Shown: piece by piece, positions 34,888 to 45,509 of the stretch
Numbering within the stretch: the stretch's first letter is position 1
Layout of the letters: each line of letters begins with the position of its first letter
NCBI GenBank assembly: GCA_037076615.1
Contig: AP029158.1
Coordinates: 133,470 to 197,469 of the forward strand
Source: Candidatus Parcubacteria bacterium
GTDB lineage: Bacteria; Patescibacteriota; Patescibacteriia; Patescibacteriales; UBA12465
Length of the DNA: 64,000 bases
Direction of reading: 5' to 3'
Position numbers and translations under genes: made by a program
Notes under the pieces: model-generated
Database searches by the model: none
What the model was told of the DNA's origin: nothing
Seen by the model: only the letters and a program-made list of their open reading frames with translations

Positions 34888-35220
34888 ATGAAAACCATTA
34901 AATGGTCAGCTCGAATAATCTCATTATGTATTTTGGTGTTTGCTTTGCCGTTTTATTTCGGTTACGGCAATCCATTGCCATTTGCTAATCCAAATTATTC
35001 TCTATGGGAGAATATTGCCTTATCTATGATGCCATTGGTTTTTATCGGTTTGGCTTTAGGTTGGAAATATCCAAAAATTGCAGGGTGGCTTATTATTGTT
35101 GCGATTGTAATAGGTTTTGTTGTTGGGATTTTAACAGAAGCAAATCTTAGTATTAACTTAGCTGTCCCTATTATTCCAGGGATTTTATATTTGATAGACG
35201 GATATAAAAGACATGAATAA
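34888..35220 (+). CDS. Membrane protein (110 aa from MKTIKW)
   Basis: Start moved to the ATG at 34888. Four hydrophobic segments. Confidence 0.45.
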   Translation: MKTIKWSARIISLCILVFALPFYFGYGNPLPFANPNYSLWENIALSMMPLVFIGLALGWKYPKIAGWLIIVAIVIGFVVGILTEANLSINLAVPIIPGILYLIDGYKRHE

Positions 35221-35377
35221 AAATATCAAAATAATGCTTTCCGCCCTGGCCATATTGCTTGGAATATTCTTTATTATATTCGGCGGATATGATGACAGTC
35301 CTGGACTACAAGGAATCGGTCTTATTTTAATAGTTGCCATTGTCGTTATTTTGATCAGAGGCAAGAGGAAAAAATAA
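35213..35377 (+). CDS. Small membrane protein (54 aa), below the ORF-track cutoff
   Basis: Hand translation MNKNIKIMLSALAILLGIFFIIFGGYDDSPGLQGIGLILIVAIVVILIRGKRKK. Overlaps the upstream stop. Confidence 0.35.
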   Translation: MNKNIKIMLSALAILLGIFFIIFGGYDDSPGLQGIGLILIVAIVVILIRGKRKK

Positions 35378-35382
35378 CCACT

Positions 35383-35766
35383 ATGATTTTTGAGAAAGCG
35401 ACTTTAGAAAATAATTATTTTCGTAAAGTTCTTTATTCCGGGAAACATAGCCAATTAGTTTTGATGTCTTTAAAACCTAAGGAAGAAATCGGTTTAGAAA
35501 TTCATCCTGAAAATGATCAATTTTTCCGTTTTGAACAAGGCCAAGGAAAATGCATCATCGATGGTAACGAATATTTAGTTGAAGATGGTTCAGCCATAAT
35601 TGTTCCGGCCGGGGCCGAACATAATATTATAAACGTCTCTGCAACAGAAGAATTAAAACTTTATACTATTTATTCTCCCGCTCATCATAAAGATCAAATT
35701 GTCAGATTAACCAAGGAAGAGGCGGAAGCTAATGATGAAGAATTTGATGGCCAAACGACGGAATAG
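35383..35766 (+). CDS. Cupin domain protein
   Basis: Cupin motifs GLEIHPENDQFF and AIIVPAGAEHNIINV. Confidence 0.65.
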   Translation: MIFEKATLENNYFRKVLYSGKHSQLVLMSLKPKEEIGLEIHPENDQFFRFEQGQGKCIIDGNEYLVEDGSAIIVPAGAEHNIINVSATEELKLYTIYSPAHHKDQIVRLTKEEAEANDEEFDGQTTE

Positions 35767-35794
35767 CATTTTAATTTATTAAAATTAATAAAAA

Positions 35795-36025
35795 TGGAAT
35801 CCGATAAAATTAAAAATTGTTTATTGGTCTTTTTCCGGAAAAGGCGGTGTTGGTAAATCGACTGTAGCTGTAAATTTAGCTATGACTTTAGCTAATAAGG
35901 GATTAAAAGTTGGATTGCTTGATGCTGACATTCATGGACCTAATTTAGCCTTAATGTTTGGTGTAACCAAAAATAAAATTTTTTCTTGCGGTGAAGATTT
36001 TATTTTGCCTGTTAAAATAAATTAA
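35795..36025 (+). pseudogene. N-terminal fragment of a Mrp/NBP35 (ApbC)-type P-loop ATPase
   Basis: The frame reads [49 protein letters not shown] then stops after about 76 codons. There is no in-frame ATG, and the nearby ATG (35794) is in another frame and stops after 20 codons. Confidence 0.6.
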
Positions 36026-36288
36026 GAAAAATAATCAAACCAGAGGGGCTGGTATTTTTAAACGATGGACTAAAAAGGTTAGAAAATGATAAACAGCAGT
36101 CATGGCAATAAGTTTTTTTATATTTTCTTGACAGTTTTTTTCAATCCCGATAATCTTAATTCAGATATAATTTAAAATTAATCTCTTTTTATAGTTCGTA
36201 ATTAAATAGCGGCCAGCCATTGTCTTAAGGAAAAAGACAACTTTTTTACTATTCAAACCGTTTGAGCCGCTAAAAATAAATCATTCTT

Positions 36289-37638
36289 ATGAAGAAAATA
36301 TTTCATCTTTCTGGCCTTCATTGTGCCAGTTGTGAGCTTTTAATTGAGGATAGTATTAAAGAAAATATAAAGGATGCTCAGGTAAATGTCTCTTATCGCC
36401 GCGGTACTTTAAAGATTGCCGCTCCGGCAATTAATGACAATCGTGTAAAAAAGATTGTTGAACAGTGCGGCTATCAGGTTTTATCTGATACGAAAAAGCC
36501 TGATGTTAAAAAGTTAAGACAAAAAGACTGGTGGCAAATTCTCGCTGTTTTTGCCGGGATTGCCTTGATGATTTATTTTATTTCTTTTTTTAAACTCACT
36601 GAATTTATTCCTGATCTAAATCAAGAAATTAGTTTCACCCTCGCTTTTTTCATTGGTATCGTTGCGTCCCTGTCTACCTGTTTAGCAATTGTTGGCGGCC
36701 TGGTAATTAGCTTGTCCGCTGGCCTTAAAACTGATAGTAACGGCAAGACCTCTTTAAGAGATAGAAGCCGACCGCAAATTTATTTTCAAATTGGCCGAAT
36801 AGTTGGTTTTTTTATTCTCGGCGGTTTGCTTGGCGTTATCGGTAAAGGGTTGCAATACTCGCCGTCTGTGTCTGGATTCTTAATGATTCTAGCGGCTGTA
36901 ATTATGCTCTATGTCGGGTTAAATATTCTCGGCCTTGTTCCCAGTATTACCAAGCTTGGCGTTTATTTACCCAAAAAATGGAGCCGCAGAATTTTGAATA
37001 TTAACGCCGGTCATAACCCCGCTGTAATCACTTTACTTGGAGCGTTAACTTTTTTCTTGCCTTGCGGTTTTACGCAGTCAATGCAATTAACGGCGGTGGC
37101 GTCTGGAAATTTTTGGTCCGGGGCCTTGATTATGGCTTTTTTTGCCCTCGGCACTAGCCCGATTTTATTTTCTGTGGGCCTCGGGGCGAACTACGCTCAA
37201 GGTGATCGCTTCAACTTAGCGAAAAAAATAATTGCCGCCATTATTATTGTTTTTGGATTCTACTCTTTAAATAGCGGCTTAATCTTGTCTGGGGCTAATT
37301 TTCCCGTTGAACCTTTAAAGGCGTTTTCAGGGATTAAAACGGCCCTGATTCAGGATGAGCCAGTCGAGGATTATCAAACTGTCCAGCTAGATATTAATAA
37401 CGGCTTCGTACAGAAAGAATTTAGAATCAAAAAAGGTGTTCCGGTTAAATTTGTTGTTAACGCTATTCGCGTCAATGGCTGTAGTGATGAAGTTATTATT
37501 AGACGTCTAAATTTAACTACCGGAAAATTAAAAAATGGTGACCGCGCCGTCTTGGAATTCACACCTACTAAGACTGGAGTTATTCCTTTTTCTTGCTGGA
37601 TGGGAATGATAAACGGTCGCTTTATTGTAGAAGAATAA
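36289..37638 (+). CDS. HMA domain / polytopic DsbD_2-or-TauE-like membrane domain / cupredoxin-like C-terminal fusion protein
   Basis: N-terminal GLHCASCE metal-binding motif. TM region with LSTCLA and FFLPCGFTQ. C-terminal beta domain with GCSDE and FSCWMGM. Confidence 0.6.
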   Translation: MKKIFHLSGLHCASCELLIEDSIKENIKDAQVNVSYRRGTLKIAAPAINDNRVKKIVEQCGYQVLSDTKKPDVKKLRQKDWWQILAVFAGIALMIYFISFFKLTEFIPDLNQEISFTLAFFIGIVASLSTCLAIVGGLVISLSAGLKTDSNGKTSLRDRSRPQIYFQIGRIVGFFILGGLLGVIGKGLQYSPSVSGFLMILAAVIMLYVGLNILGLVPSITKLGVYLPKKWSRRILNINAGHNPAVITLLGALTFFLPCGFTQSMQLTAVASGNFWSGALIMAFFALGTSPILFSVGLGANYAQGDRFNLAKKIIAAIIIVFGFYSLNSGLILSGANFPVEPLKAFSGIKTALIQDEPVEDYQTVQLDINNGFVQKEFRIKKGVPVKFVVNAIRVNGCSDEVIIRRLNLTTGKLKNGDRAVLEFTPTKTGVIPFSCWMGMINGRFIVEE

Positions 37639-37642
37639 ATAT

Positions 37643-39841
37643 ATGACAAAAATAAGTTTAGATATTAGTGGCATGACTTGCGCTTCTTGTTCTGCCTATA
37701 TTCAAAAAACATTAGCTAAAGATCCGCGCATCCTGGAGTCTCAGGTTAGCCTAGCGACCAATAAGGCCTTTATTTCCTTTGTTGAAGATAAAATTTCTAC
37801 TGCAGAAATTATTAACCTCATAAAGAAGTCTGGTTACGGCGCTAGCCTGCCAAAGTTGAGCATTGAAAATAAAAACGACCCCGTTAAGAAGCGCTTAAAG
37901 ATTTTCTCAATTTCTCTATTTTTTGGTTTACCGCTCTTTTACCTTTCAATGGGCGGAATGTTTTCTTGGCCTTTACCAAACATCACCACTTTAGAGAATT
38001 ATCTCTGGCAATTAGCTTTCTCTCTGGTCATCATTATTATTAATTGGCGGATTTACCGCTCCGGGTTTTCAAAGTTGTTCAAGTTTAAGCCAAATATGGA
38101 TAGCCTTATCGCCATCGGCACAGCGGCCGCTTTCTTGTATTCAGTCGGCGTTTTATTAACAACTGAAGTTGCTGCTAATAGCCATGTCTATTTTGAAAGT
38201 GCCGGCTTTATCTTGATTTTTATATCCTTAGGGAAGTATCTAGAAGAGAAAACTACTGGCCGAGCCGGGGAAGCGATCAAGAAACTAATCGGCCTTCAGC
38301 CGAGCACGGCTATTATCTGGCGCAATAATCAAGAAGAAGTCGTGGAGATCGCGACCGTTACGCCTGGCGATATTTTAATCGTCAAGCCTGGCGACAAGAT
38401 TCCTTTAGATGGTGAGATAATTTTTGGTCAATCGACGATTGACGAGAGCGCTATTACCGGAGAAAGTATTCCAACCTTTAAGCAGGTGGGTGACTTGGTT
38501 ATTGGCGGTACAATTAATAAGACTAGCGTTCTTCGATTCAAAGTTTCTGGTGTCGGCGAAGAGACAATGTTGGCGCAAATTATTAAAGTCATGGAAAAAG
38601 CGATTGCTTCTAAATCATCAATTCAGCTTTTAGTTGATAAAGTTTCTTATTATTTTGTTCCTATTGTTATCGCCTTAGCCTTATTAACTTTAATTATTTG
38701 GCTTCTATTAGGATTTGACTTTTCCTTAGCCTTAACCGCCTTTGTTTCTGTTTTAATTATCGCCTGTCCCTGCTCATTAGGGCTTGCTACGCCTACGGCT
38801 GTGATGATGGGTGCCGGTTTGGCAGCGAAGAAGGGAATTTTGATAAAAAGTTTAGCCGCTCTGGAGACTGCTAATAAGGTAGATGCTTTTGTCTTTGACA
38901 AGACTGGAACTTTAACTAAGGGCGCGCCGGAAATTGTAGAAATTTTAACTTTTAATTTTCCCGAGGAGAAAGTTTTAAAAATGGCCGGCTCTTTGGCGCG
39001 CCATTCTAAACATCCTCTATCAGAGGCGGTGGCCGCGGAAGCTTTAGAGAGAGATATTTTAATAATGGAAATTAGTGATCTTGAAGAAAAGGAAGGTCGC
39101 GGCATGAAAGGTTTTTGTAGCGAGCACAAAACTAAATTACTTTTAGGCAATAAAAAACTTTTATTAGAAGAGGGGGTAAGTATTCCATTAGAGGTTGAAG
39201 AAAAATTTAATTCTTTGGCGGAGACAGGGAAGACGCCTTTGTATGTGGCTCATGGCTCGCAAGTTGCCGGGTTAATTGCCCTAATTGACGATATTAAAGA
39301 TAGTAGCTTAGAGGCAATTTCGGATTTAAAAAAACAAGGACGAAAAATTTATTTAATTAGTGGTGATAATGAAAGGGTGGCTGAGGCGATTGCTGATAAG
39401 TTAGGGATTGATAATGTTTTAGCTAACGTTTATCCGGCCGATAAAGCCAAAAAAATAAAAGAGCTTCAAGATTCTGGCCTAGTTGTGGCCATGGTCGGTG
39501 ATGGCATTAATGATGCTCCCGCCTTAGCTCAAGCTGATTTAGGAATCGCGATGGCTTCGGGGACAGATATCGCTATCGAAGCTGGTGAGATAATTCTAAT
39601 GAATAATGACTTAAGAAGTGTTAATTCGGCTATCAAAATCTCTAAATTTACTTTAAAGAAAATTAAGCAGAACTTATTTTGGGCCTTTGTCTATAATTCT
39701 CTCGGGATCCCAGTGGCGGCCGGTTTGCTATATCCGATTTGGGGGGTGATGCTTAGTCCCACAATTGCCGCGCTCGCCATGTCTTTATCATCGGTTAGTG
39801 TAGTGGCTAATTCCTTGGCGATGAAGTTTTATCGAGATTAA
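37643..39841 (+). CDS. copA: Copper-translocating P1B-type ATPase
   Basis: HMA GMTCASCS, TGES, CPC (IIACPCSLG), DKTGTLT and GDGINDAP. Confidence 0.9.
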   Translation: MTKISLDISGMTCASCSAYIQKTLAKDPRILESQVSLATNKAFISFVEDKISTAEIINLIKKSGYGASLPKLSIENKNDPVKKRLKIFSISLFFGLPLFYLSMGGMFSWPLPNITTLENYLWQLAFSLVIIIINWRIYRSGFSKLFKFKPNMDSLIAIGTAAAFLYSVGVLLTTEVAANSHVYFESAGFILIFISLGKYLEEKTTGRAGEAIKKLIGLQPSTAIIWRNNQEEVVEIATVTPGDILIVKPGDKIPLDGEIIFGQSTIDESAITGESIPTFKQVGDLVIGGTINKTSVLRFKVSGVGEETMLAQIIKVMEKAIASKSSIQLLVDKVSYYFVPIVIALALLTLIIWLLLGFDFSLALTAFVSVLIIACPCSLGLATPTAVMMGAGLAAKKGILIKSLAALETANKVDAFVFDKTGTLTKGAPEIVEILTFNFPEEKVLKMAGSLARHSKHPLSEAVAAEALERDILIMEISDLEEKEGRGMKGFCSEHKTKLLLGNKKLLLEEGVSIPLEVEEKFNSLAETGKTPLYVAHGSQVAGLIALIDDIKDSSLEAISDLKKQGRKIYLISGDNERVAEAIADKLGIDNVLANVYPADKAKKIKELQDSGLVVAMVGDGINDAPALAQADLGIAMASGTDIAIEAGEIILMNNDLRSVNSAIKISKFTLKKIKQNLFWAFVYNSLGIPVAAGLLYPIWGVMLSPTIAALAMSLSSVSVVANSLAMKFYRD

Positions 39842-39879
39842 TGTTGGCGCCTTAGCCGTCTTTAGGCTAAAATAAAGCC

Positions 39880-40494
39880 ATGACCAATAAAAAAACGATA
39901 CTTTTGATTCACGGCGGACTAACCTTTAAGAGTAAGAAGGATTATTTAACTTTTCTTAAGACCGCTTCCGTTTCTCTGGAAAAGAAAAATTCTTGGAATG
40001 GAGACTGGTTGGATAAAAAACTAGGTTCAGATTATGACCTTATCCGCCCGCGCATGCCTTTGCGTGAAAACGCCAAATATGAAGAATGGAAAATTTATTT
40101 TGAAAGATTTATTCCTCTTTTAAAAAGTGGTGTTATTTTTATTGGCTACTCTTTAGGCGGCATTTTTCTTGCTAAATATTTATCGGAAAATAAATTTCCC
40201 AAAAGGATTGGCGGTGTTCTGTTGGTGGCGCCGCCTTTTGATAATAGCCTAGAAGGCGAAGATCTGGTGGGTGGTTTTAAGCTGGGGGCGGATCTTTCCG
40301 GGCTGGAAAAAAGTACAAAAAACTTATATTTATTTTTTTCTGCCGATGATCAGGTGGTGCCGCTGTCTCATGCCGAAAAATATAAACAGAAGCTAAGTAA
40401 AGCACAAATAATTGTTTATCAAAGTAAGAATGGCCATTTTCAAACTCCGGAATTTACAGAAATTATAAAAATAATAAAAAATTTTGATAAATAA
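39880..40494 (+). CDS. Alpha/beta hydrolase (YdeN/RBBP9-like serine hydrolase)
   Basis: Nucleophile elbow GYSLGG and a late DD..V and GHF pattern. Confidence 0.55.
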   Translation: MTNKKTILLIHGGLTFKSKKDYLTFLKTASVSLEKKNSWNGDWLDKKLGSDYDLIRPRMPLRENAKYEEWKIYFERFIPLLKSGVIFIGYSLGGIFLAKYLSENKFPKRIGGVLLVAPPFDNSLEGEDLVGGFKLGADLSGLEKSTKNLYLFFSADDQVVPLSHAEKYKQKLSKAQIIVYQSKNGHFQTPEFTEIIKIIKNFDK

Positions 40495-40503
40495 AATATT
40501 TTT

Positions 40504-42180
40504 ATGTTTCGATCCCCCTTTTTATTTGTAATTCTTCTATCTTTAGTATTCTTAGGGGCTCCAGCTCAAGCCCAGACTCAGCGATCAGATTGGTATATTA
40601 AAGATTTTTATACCGAAATAAAATTAGGAACGGATGAGACCGTATCAATCCAGGAGGATATTTTTGCGGATGCCGGTAATTTGCCTGATAAACACGGCAT
40701 TTTCCGCGTTCTGCCCAAAAGTTTTAACACCCCGACTTATAGTGAAGAGTTGCCTTTAGAAATTCTTGAAGCAAGTAATGGGAAAGGGGATAATTGGATT
40801 TACAAAAAAAGCCAAGCGAACAACGCCTGGGTTTTAAAAATCGGTGATCCTAATCACACCGTCTTCGGGCTAAACCATTTTCGCCTAATCTATAGAACCA
40901 AAAACGGCGTCCAAAATTATGAAACGACTGACGAATTTGCTTGGAATGTTTTAGGCCCTGATTGGCAGCTAGAGATTGATAACTTTAAAGCCGTGATTAT
41001 TTTTCCAGAGGGAATAAACTCTGACAACACTGAAATTACTATTTCTTCAGGAGCTCTTAATAGCCGCGAAAACTCACTGACTTCTTGGCACTGGTTAGAC
41101 CAGCAACGTTTAGAAATTCAATCTTTAGAAACTATTAAGCCTGGTGAAGGAATAACTATTTCGGCGGTTTTTCCTAAAGGGCTAATCACCCCCGTCTCTT
41201 TTCCTATAGAACCAATCAATCCTTGGCCGGTGATCATTATCAGTATCGCCTTTGTTTTTTTAGCTACTTCTTTTGCTATTTTTTCTTGGCGTCGTTGGGG
41301 CCGGTATTCGGTACAAAAACAAACTATTATTGCTGAATATGATATTCCTGATAATTTAAGTCCGATTGAAATCAGTGCTGTCCCGAGTTGTGGTAATATT
41401 GGTACCGGCGGCTTGGCCGCCACTTTGATTAATCTCGGGGTAAAAAAATATCTAATAATTAATAAAGAAAAAGGCCGTTTTAGTGATAAAATTTATTTTA
41501 AGCGTACTGATAAAGCGATGGTGGATGATTTATATTTTGCGGAGCGCCAGGTTTTAGAAAAGATATTTGAAAAGGGTGATAATATAGAGCTGCAGAAAAT
41601 GACCGGACTGTCTTCTCTGAGCTTAAAGTTAAGTGGTGAAATAAAAAAAGATTTTCGTGATCGTGGTTTAGTTGGTTCGCCGCTTAAAAAGTATTCCCAA
41701 TCTTTGCGAGTGGCGGCGGCAGTGATTTTAATTGCTGGTCTAATTTTTTCTGAGCTAGCCATCTTTTTAGTAGCCCTTACCATATCTTTGATTTTTGTTG
41801 TTCTTAGTTATCAATCCACCTTAAGTTTAGCTGGAGCGACGCTTAACCATAAAATTAAAGGATTTAAACTTTATCTTGATACAGCGGAAAAATATCGATC
41901 GCGTTTTCAAGAAGAGCAGGGGGAGTTGACAAAAATGCTGCCTTATGCGATTGTTTTTGGGCTTACCAAAAAATGGCTACACTTAATGGAAAGCATCCAA
42001 CAAGAAAACCCCAATCTATTATTTTATCCTGCCTTCCTAGGTAGTGGCTGGAATTTGTCCGATCTGCATCAACTGACTGCCGCGATCGAATCGGTAACTA
42101 CTGCTGTGAGCAGTCACGTTTCCACTTCCACCGGTAGTGTTGGTGGCGGCGCGGGTGGTGGTGGCGGTGGCGGTTGGTAA
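40504..42180 (+). CDS. DUF2207-type membrane protein
   Basis: Signal peptide, large extracytoplasmic N-domain, several TM segments, and a Gly-rich tail GGGAGGGGGGGW typical of this family. Confidence 0.6.
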   Translation: MFRSPFLFVILLSLVFLGAPAQAQTQRSDWYIKDFYTEIKLGTDETVSIQEDIFADAGNLPDKHGIFRVLPKSFNTPTYSEELPLEILEASNGKGDNWIYKKSQANNAWVLKIGDPNHTVFGLNHFRLIYRTKNGVQNYETTDEFAWNVLGPDWQLEIDNFKAVIIFPEGINSDNTEITISSGALNSRENSLTSWHWLDQQRLEIQSLETIKPGEGITISAVFPKGLITPVSFPIEPINPWPVIIISIAFVFLATSFAIFSWRRWGRYSVQKQTIIAEYDIPDNLSPIEISAVPSCGNIGTGGLAATLINLGVKKYLIINKEKGRFSDKIYFKRTDKAMVDDLYFAERQVLEKIFEKGDNIELQKMTGLSSLSLKLSGEIKKDFRDRGLVGSPLKKYSQSLRVAAAVILIAGLIFSELAIFLVALTISLIFVVLSYQSTLSLAGATLNHKIKGFKLYLDTAEKYRSRFQEEQGELTKMLPYAIVFGLTKKWLHLMESIQQENPNLLFYPAFLGSGWNLSDLHQLTAAIESVTTAVSSHVSTSTGSVGGGAGGGGGGGW

Positions 42181-42189
42181 TTCGTTATT

Positions 42190-42771
42190 ATGTCGGAAAA
42201 TGTAAAAGAAATCACAAATTATCTTTTTCTGCGTGCTAATCCTCAAGTAACGGATTTGGCTTTTGTCTTTGGCACTTCTCAACCGGAAGTGATCCAGAGG
42301 ACTTGGGATTTATATCGCCGGGGCTTGGTTCCGAAAATTTTGGTTACCGGCGGGGTGGCCTGTCTGAGCGGGAAGAATGAAGCGCAAACGATTAAAGACG
42401 GGCTAGTTTCTTTAGGCGTGCCCGAAGAAGTAATTATTACCGAAGAAAAAGCCACTAATACTTTAGAAAATGTTTTATTTTCTAAAAAAATCTTGGAAGC
42501 TGACGGCTCTTTAGCCAAAATAAAAAAGATTACGGCGGTAGTTAAAAATTTTCACTCCCGTCGAGCTCTAATGACTTTAAAGCGCCATTTCCCCAGCGGG
42601 ATTAAATTTTTTCCCGCCGTTTATGACGCCTATAATTTTTCTCGCGACACTTGGCCGGATAGCGAAACTGGCCGCGAAAAAGTTTTGGCCGAGTGGAATA
42701 AAATCCCCAAATATCTGGCTCAAGGCGATTTACAAGAATTAAGCGCTGCCGATGAAGAGTCTTTCAAATAA
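42190..42771 (+). CDS. YdcF/DUF218 family protein
   Basis: The LVTGG...T.ENV pattern (KILVTGGVACLSG, ATNTLENVLFS). Confidence 0.55.
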   Translation: MSENVKEITNYLFLRANPQVTDLAFVFGTSQPEVIQRTWDLYRRGLVPKILVTGGVACLSGKNEAQTIKDGLVSLGVPEEVIITEEKATNTLENVLFSKKILEADGSLAKIKKITAVVKNFHSRRALMTLKRHFPSGIKFFPAVYDAYNFSRDTWPDSETGREKVLAEWNKIPKYLAQGDLQELSAADEESFK

Positions 42772-42807
42772 AAATAAAAAAAGGGATTCGCTTGAACCCC
42801 TTTTTTC

Positions 42808-43479
42808 TTACCAATTGATTTTTTCTTGTTGCCATTTTTCGAGATAATCATTGGCTCGCGAAAAAGGGCGGCTACCAAAAAAACCATTATAGGCCGACAA
42901 GGGTGAGGGGTGAGCCGCTTCAATTATTAAATGTTTGCTGGCGTCAATCAAACTTTTTTTACTACGTGCGTAATTTCCCCAAAGGATAAAAACTAAATGC
43001 TCTCGTTTATCTGATAAAGTTTGGATGACGGTATCGGTAAATTTTTCCCAGCCACGGTCACGATGAGAGGTTGGGGTATTAGCAACGACTGTTAAAATAG
43101 CGTTTAATAAAAAAACTCCTTCCTCGGCCCAGGCTTCTAGATTCCCGCCGGAAACTGAAGTTGGCTGTCCGAGGTCACTAGCGATTTCTTTGAAGATGTT
43201 CTTTAGTGATGGCGGCTCCGGTATTCCCTTAGGCACAGAAAAGCAAAGGCCGTGGGCTTGGCCGGGTCCGTGGTAGGGGTCTTGCCCGAGAATAACGACT
43301 TTTACTTGAGAAAATGGCGTTAACCAAAAAGCCTTAAATATATTCTCTGGGCGCGGATAAATAGTTTTGTTTAAATATTCTTGGCGCACAAAATCGGCCA
43401 GGTTAGTAAAATCCGGACTCGCTAAATAAGGCGCTAAAACTTTTTTCCATTCGGGCTCAATATTTACTTCTTTGGCCAT
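42808..43479 (-). CDS. ung: Uracil-DNA glycosylase, family 1
   Basis: GQDPYHGPGQAHGLCFSV and HPSPLSA motifs. Confidence 0.9.
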   Translation of the reverse strand: MAKEVNIEPEWKKVLAPYLASPDFTNLADFVRQEYLNKTIYPRPENIFKAFWLTPFSQVKVVILGQDPYHGPGQAHGLCFSVPKGIPEPPSLKNIFKEIASDLGQPTSVSGGNLEAWAEEGVFLLNAILTVVANTPTSHRDRGWEKFTDTVIQTLSDKREHLVFILWGNYARSKKSLIDASKHLIIEAAHPSPLSAYNGFFGSRPFSRANDYLEKWQQEKINW

Positions 43480-43551
43480 AGACTATTATTTTATCACATA
43501 AAGAAAAAAGACGACCAGTTAGAGGTCGCCTTCTTCTTAAAGGGCAACAAA

Positions 43552-44163
43552 TTAATGATGCCCGAACTCACGGATTATTTTAACCACAATGCCTCTAATT
43601 TCTACATCTTTCCGATAAATCGGCGAAAAGGTAGGGTTCGCGGGCTGTAACCTGATGCGATCTTTCTCCCGATAAAATCGCTTCAGCGTGGCTTCATTAT
43701 CATCAATCACTGCCACAACGGTGTCACCGTCGGCAGCGTAATCCTGCTTTTTAATAATGGCAAAGTCGCCATCAAAGATACCGTCACCAATCATGGAGTT
43801 TCCGTGAACTTTTAAGGCGTATAATTCGCCTTCTTGAAAGCGGCGATCTTTAGCAATTTCCACCACTTGGTCAGGGATTTCAATCGCCTCAATGGGTTTG
43901 CCGGCGGTAATGGTGCCAACTAGAGGAACTTCCATCATGTCGGTTAAACGTTGGCCAACCAATTCTAAGCTCCGAGAAACATTTTTTGCCCGTTTCAAAA
44001 AGCCTTTTTTTACGAGCGCCGTCACATGTTCATGGACGGTGGAGACAGCGGAAATTTGGAAATGATCGCGGATCTCCGGCAGAGAAGGGGCGTAACCATT
44101 CTCGTCGATTTGATCTTCGATAAAGTCGTAAACTTCCTTTTGTTTTTTAGTGAGTGTAGGCAT
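43552..44163 (-). CDS. lexA: LexA repressor
   Basis: N-terminal winged HTH, Ala-Gly cleavage site TITAGKPIEA, Ser nucleophile HGNSM and Lys in ATLKRF. Confidence 0.85.
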   Translation of the reverse strand: MPTLTKKQKEVYDFIEDQIDENGYAPSLPEIRDHFQISAVSTVHEHVTALVKKGFLKRAKNVSRSLELVGQRLTDMMEVPLVGTITAGKPIEAIEIPDQVVEIAKDRRFQEGELYALKVHGNSMIGDGIFDGDFAIIKKQDYAADGDTVVAVIDDNEATLKRFYREKDRIRLQPANPTFSPIYRKDVEIRGIVVKIIREFGHH

Positions 44164-44269
44164 AGGGATAATAAAAAATTTATCACAATAGTATTATACC
44201 GAAAATAAACCGAAAGCGCAAGAGGAGCCTTTGATTTGCCCGAATTGGTTTATTCTATATAATAAACTT

Positions 44270-44917
44270 ATGAAAAATTTCATATTTTTTATTTTTTTCT
44301 TTTTAGCCCTGGGGGCTCTACCCACTCAGGCCGTTTCGGATATAGTTCCTTTTACCCCGCAGGCGCCAACCGCTAACTGGGATGACCCCCGCCAGCAAGA
44401 TGGCTGTGAGGAGGCCTCGGCTTTAATGGCGATGGCCTGGGTGCGCGGTGAAAATAGTTTGCCGACGGCCGCAGCGGAGGCCGAGATTCTAAAAATATCT
44501 GATTATATTCAAGAGAAATATGGCGAGTCGCGTGATCTTTATGTAGCGGATGTGGTGACGCGAATTTTTTATGATTACTTTGATTATAATGATGTTTGTT
44601 TGCTCTATAAAGTTACTCCAGAAAAACTTGAGGAATACTTGAAAGCGGGACACTTAATTCTGGCGCCTGCCAATGGTCAGGCTTTAGCTAATCCTTACTT
44701 CACTCCGCCCGGACCAGAAAATCACATGCTGGTTTTAAAAGATTATGACGCTTCAACTTCTGAATTTATTACTAATGACCCGGGAACGAAACGCGGCGCC
44801 AATTACCGCTATGATCGCGACTTATTATTTAACGCGATTCGTGCCTATCCGACTGGTTTCCATTTACCTCATCCGGCCGTGGATGAAAAAACGGTAATTG
44901 TTATAAAGAAAAAATAA
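44270..44917 (+). CDS. Secreted C39-like peptidase-fold protein
   Basis: Signal peptide from MKNFIFF. QQDGCEEASALMAMAW looks like a papain/C39-like catalytic Cys context. Confidence 0.45.
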   Translation: MKNFIFFIFFFLALGALPTQAVSDIVPFTPQAPTANWDDPRQQDGCEEASALMAMAWVRGENSLPTAAAEAEILKISDYIQEKYGESRDLYVADVVTRIFYDYFDYNDVCLLYKVTPEKLEEYLKAGHLILAPANGQALANPYFTPPGPENHMLVLKDYDASTSEFITNDPGTKRGANYRYDRDLLFNAIRAYPTGFHLPHPAVDEKTVIVIKKK

Positions 44918-44921
44918 AAAT

Positions 44922-45509
44922 ATGCTTAAAGAAAAAACTAATTCCAAGACCCCGCCGCCCAAGTTTTTAAAAACTGCTATGGGCGCTGATCCGATCTTTT
45001 CTACCGAGACGCCGCAAGTCGCTTTTATTGGCCGCTCGAACGTGGGTAAATCTAGCACTTTAAATGCTTTGACGGGCGCTAAAAAATTAGCGATTGCCAG
45101 CGCGACCCCGGGGCGGACCCGAGGGATTAATATATTTTCTTGGGAAAATCTTTACTTAGTTGATTTGCCGGGCTACGGCTATGCCAAGCTGCCTAATAAA
45201 GAAAGGCAGCGCTTGTCCGAGCTTATGGGTTGGTACTTGTTTAATGATAGTTTTTCTCCGCGCCTGGTTGTACAAGTCATTGACGCACGCCTGGGACCGA
45301 CGCCGGCGGATTTAGAAATTTTGGAATTATTAGAAGCTAATGAACGCCGCGTTTTGATTATCGCGAACAAATCTGATAAACTAAAAGCCGGTGACCGGGC
45401 CAAAATCCGTCGCCTCTTAACTACTAAACTAGGATCTCGGCCGGTCTTTTTTTATTCCGCCCAAACAGGAATAGGTGTCCCTGAGATTCGTCAAGAAATT
45501 TTATGTTAA
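44922..45509 (+). CDS. engB: Ribosome biogenesis GTPase YihA/EngB
   Basis: G1 GRSNVGKSS, G3 DLPGYGYA and G4 NKSDK. Confidence 0.85.
   Translation: MLKEKTNSKTPPPKFLKTAMGADPIFSTETPQVAFIGRSNVGKSSTLNALTGAKKLAIASATPGRTRGINIFSWENLYLVDLPGYGYAKLPNKERQRLSELMGWYLFNDSFSPRLVVQVIDARLGPTPADLEILELLEANERRVLIIANKSDKLKAGDRAKIRRLLTTKLGSRPVFFYSAQTGIGVPEIRQEILC

Noticed and set aside
44250-44267. Near-palindrome TTTATTCTATATAATAAA between lexA and the divergent gene, as a possible LexA operator.
   Set aside because: It is extremely AT-rich and overlaps a likely -10 element. It has one mismatch, and I know no LexA box consensus for this lineage, so it cannot be distinguished from promoter sequence.
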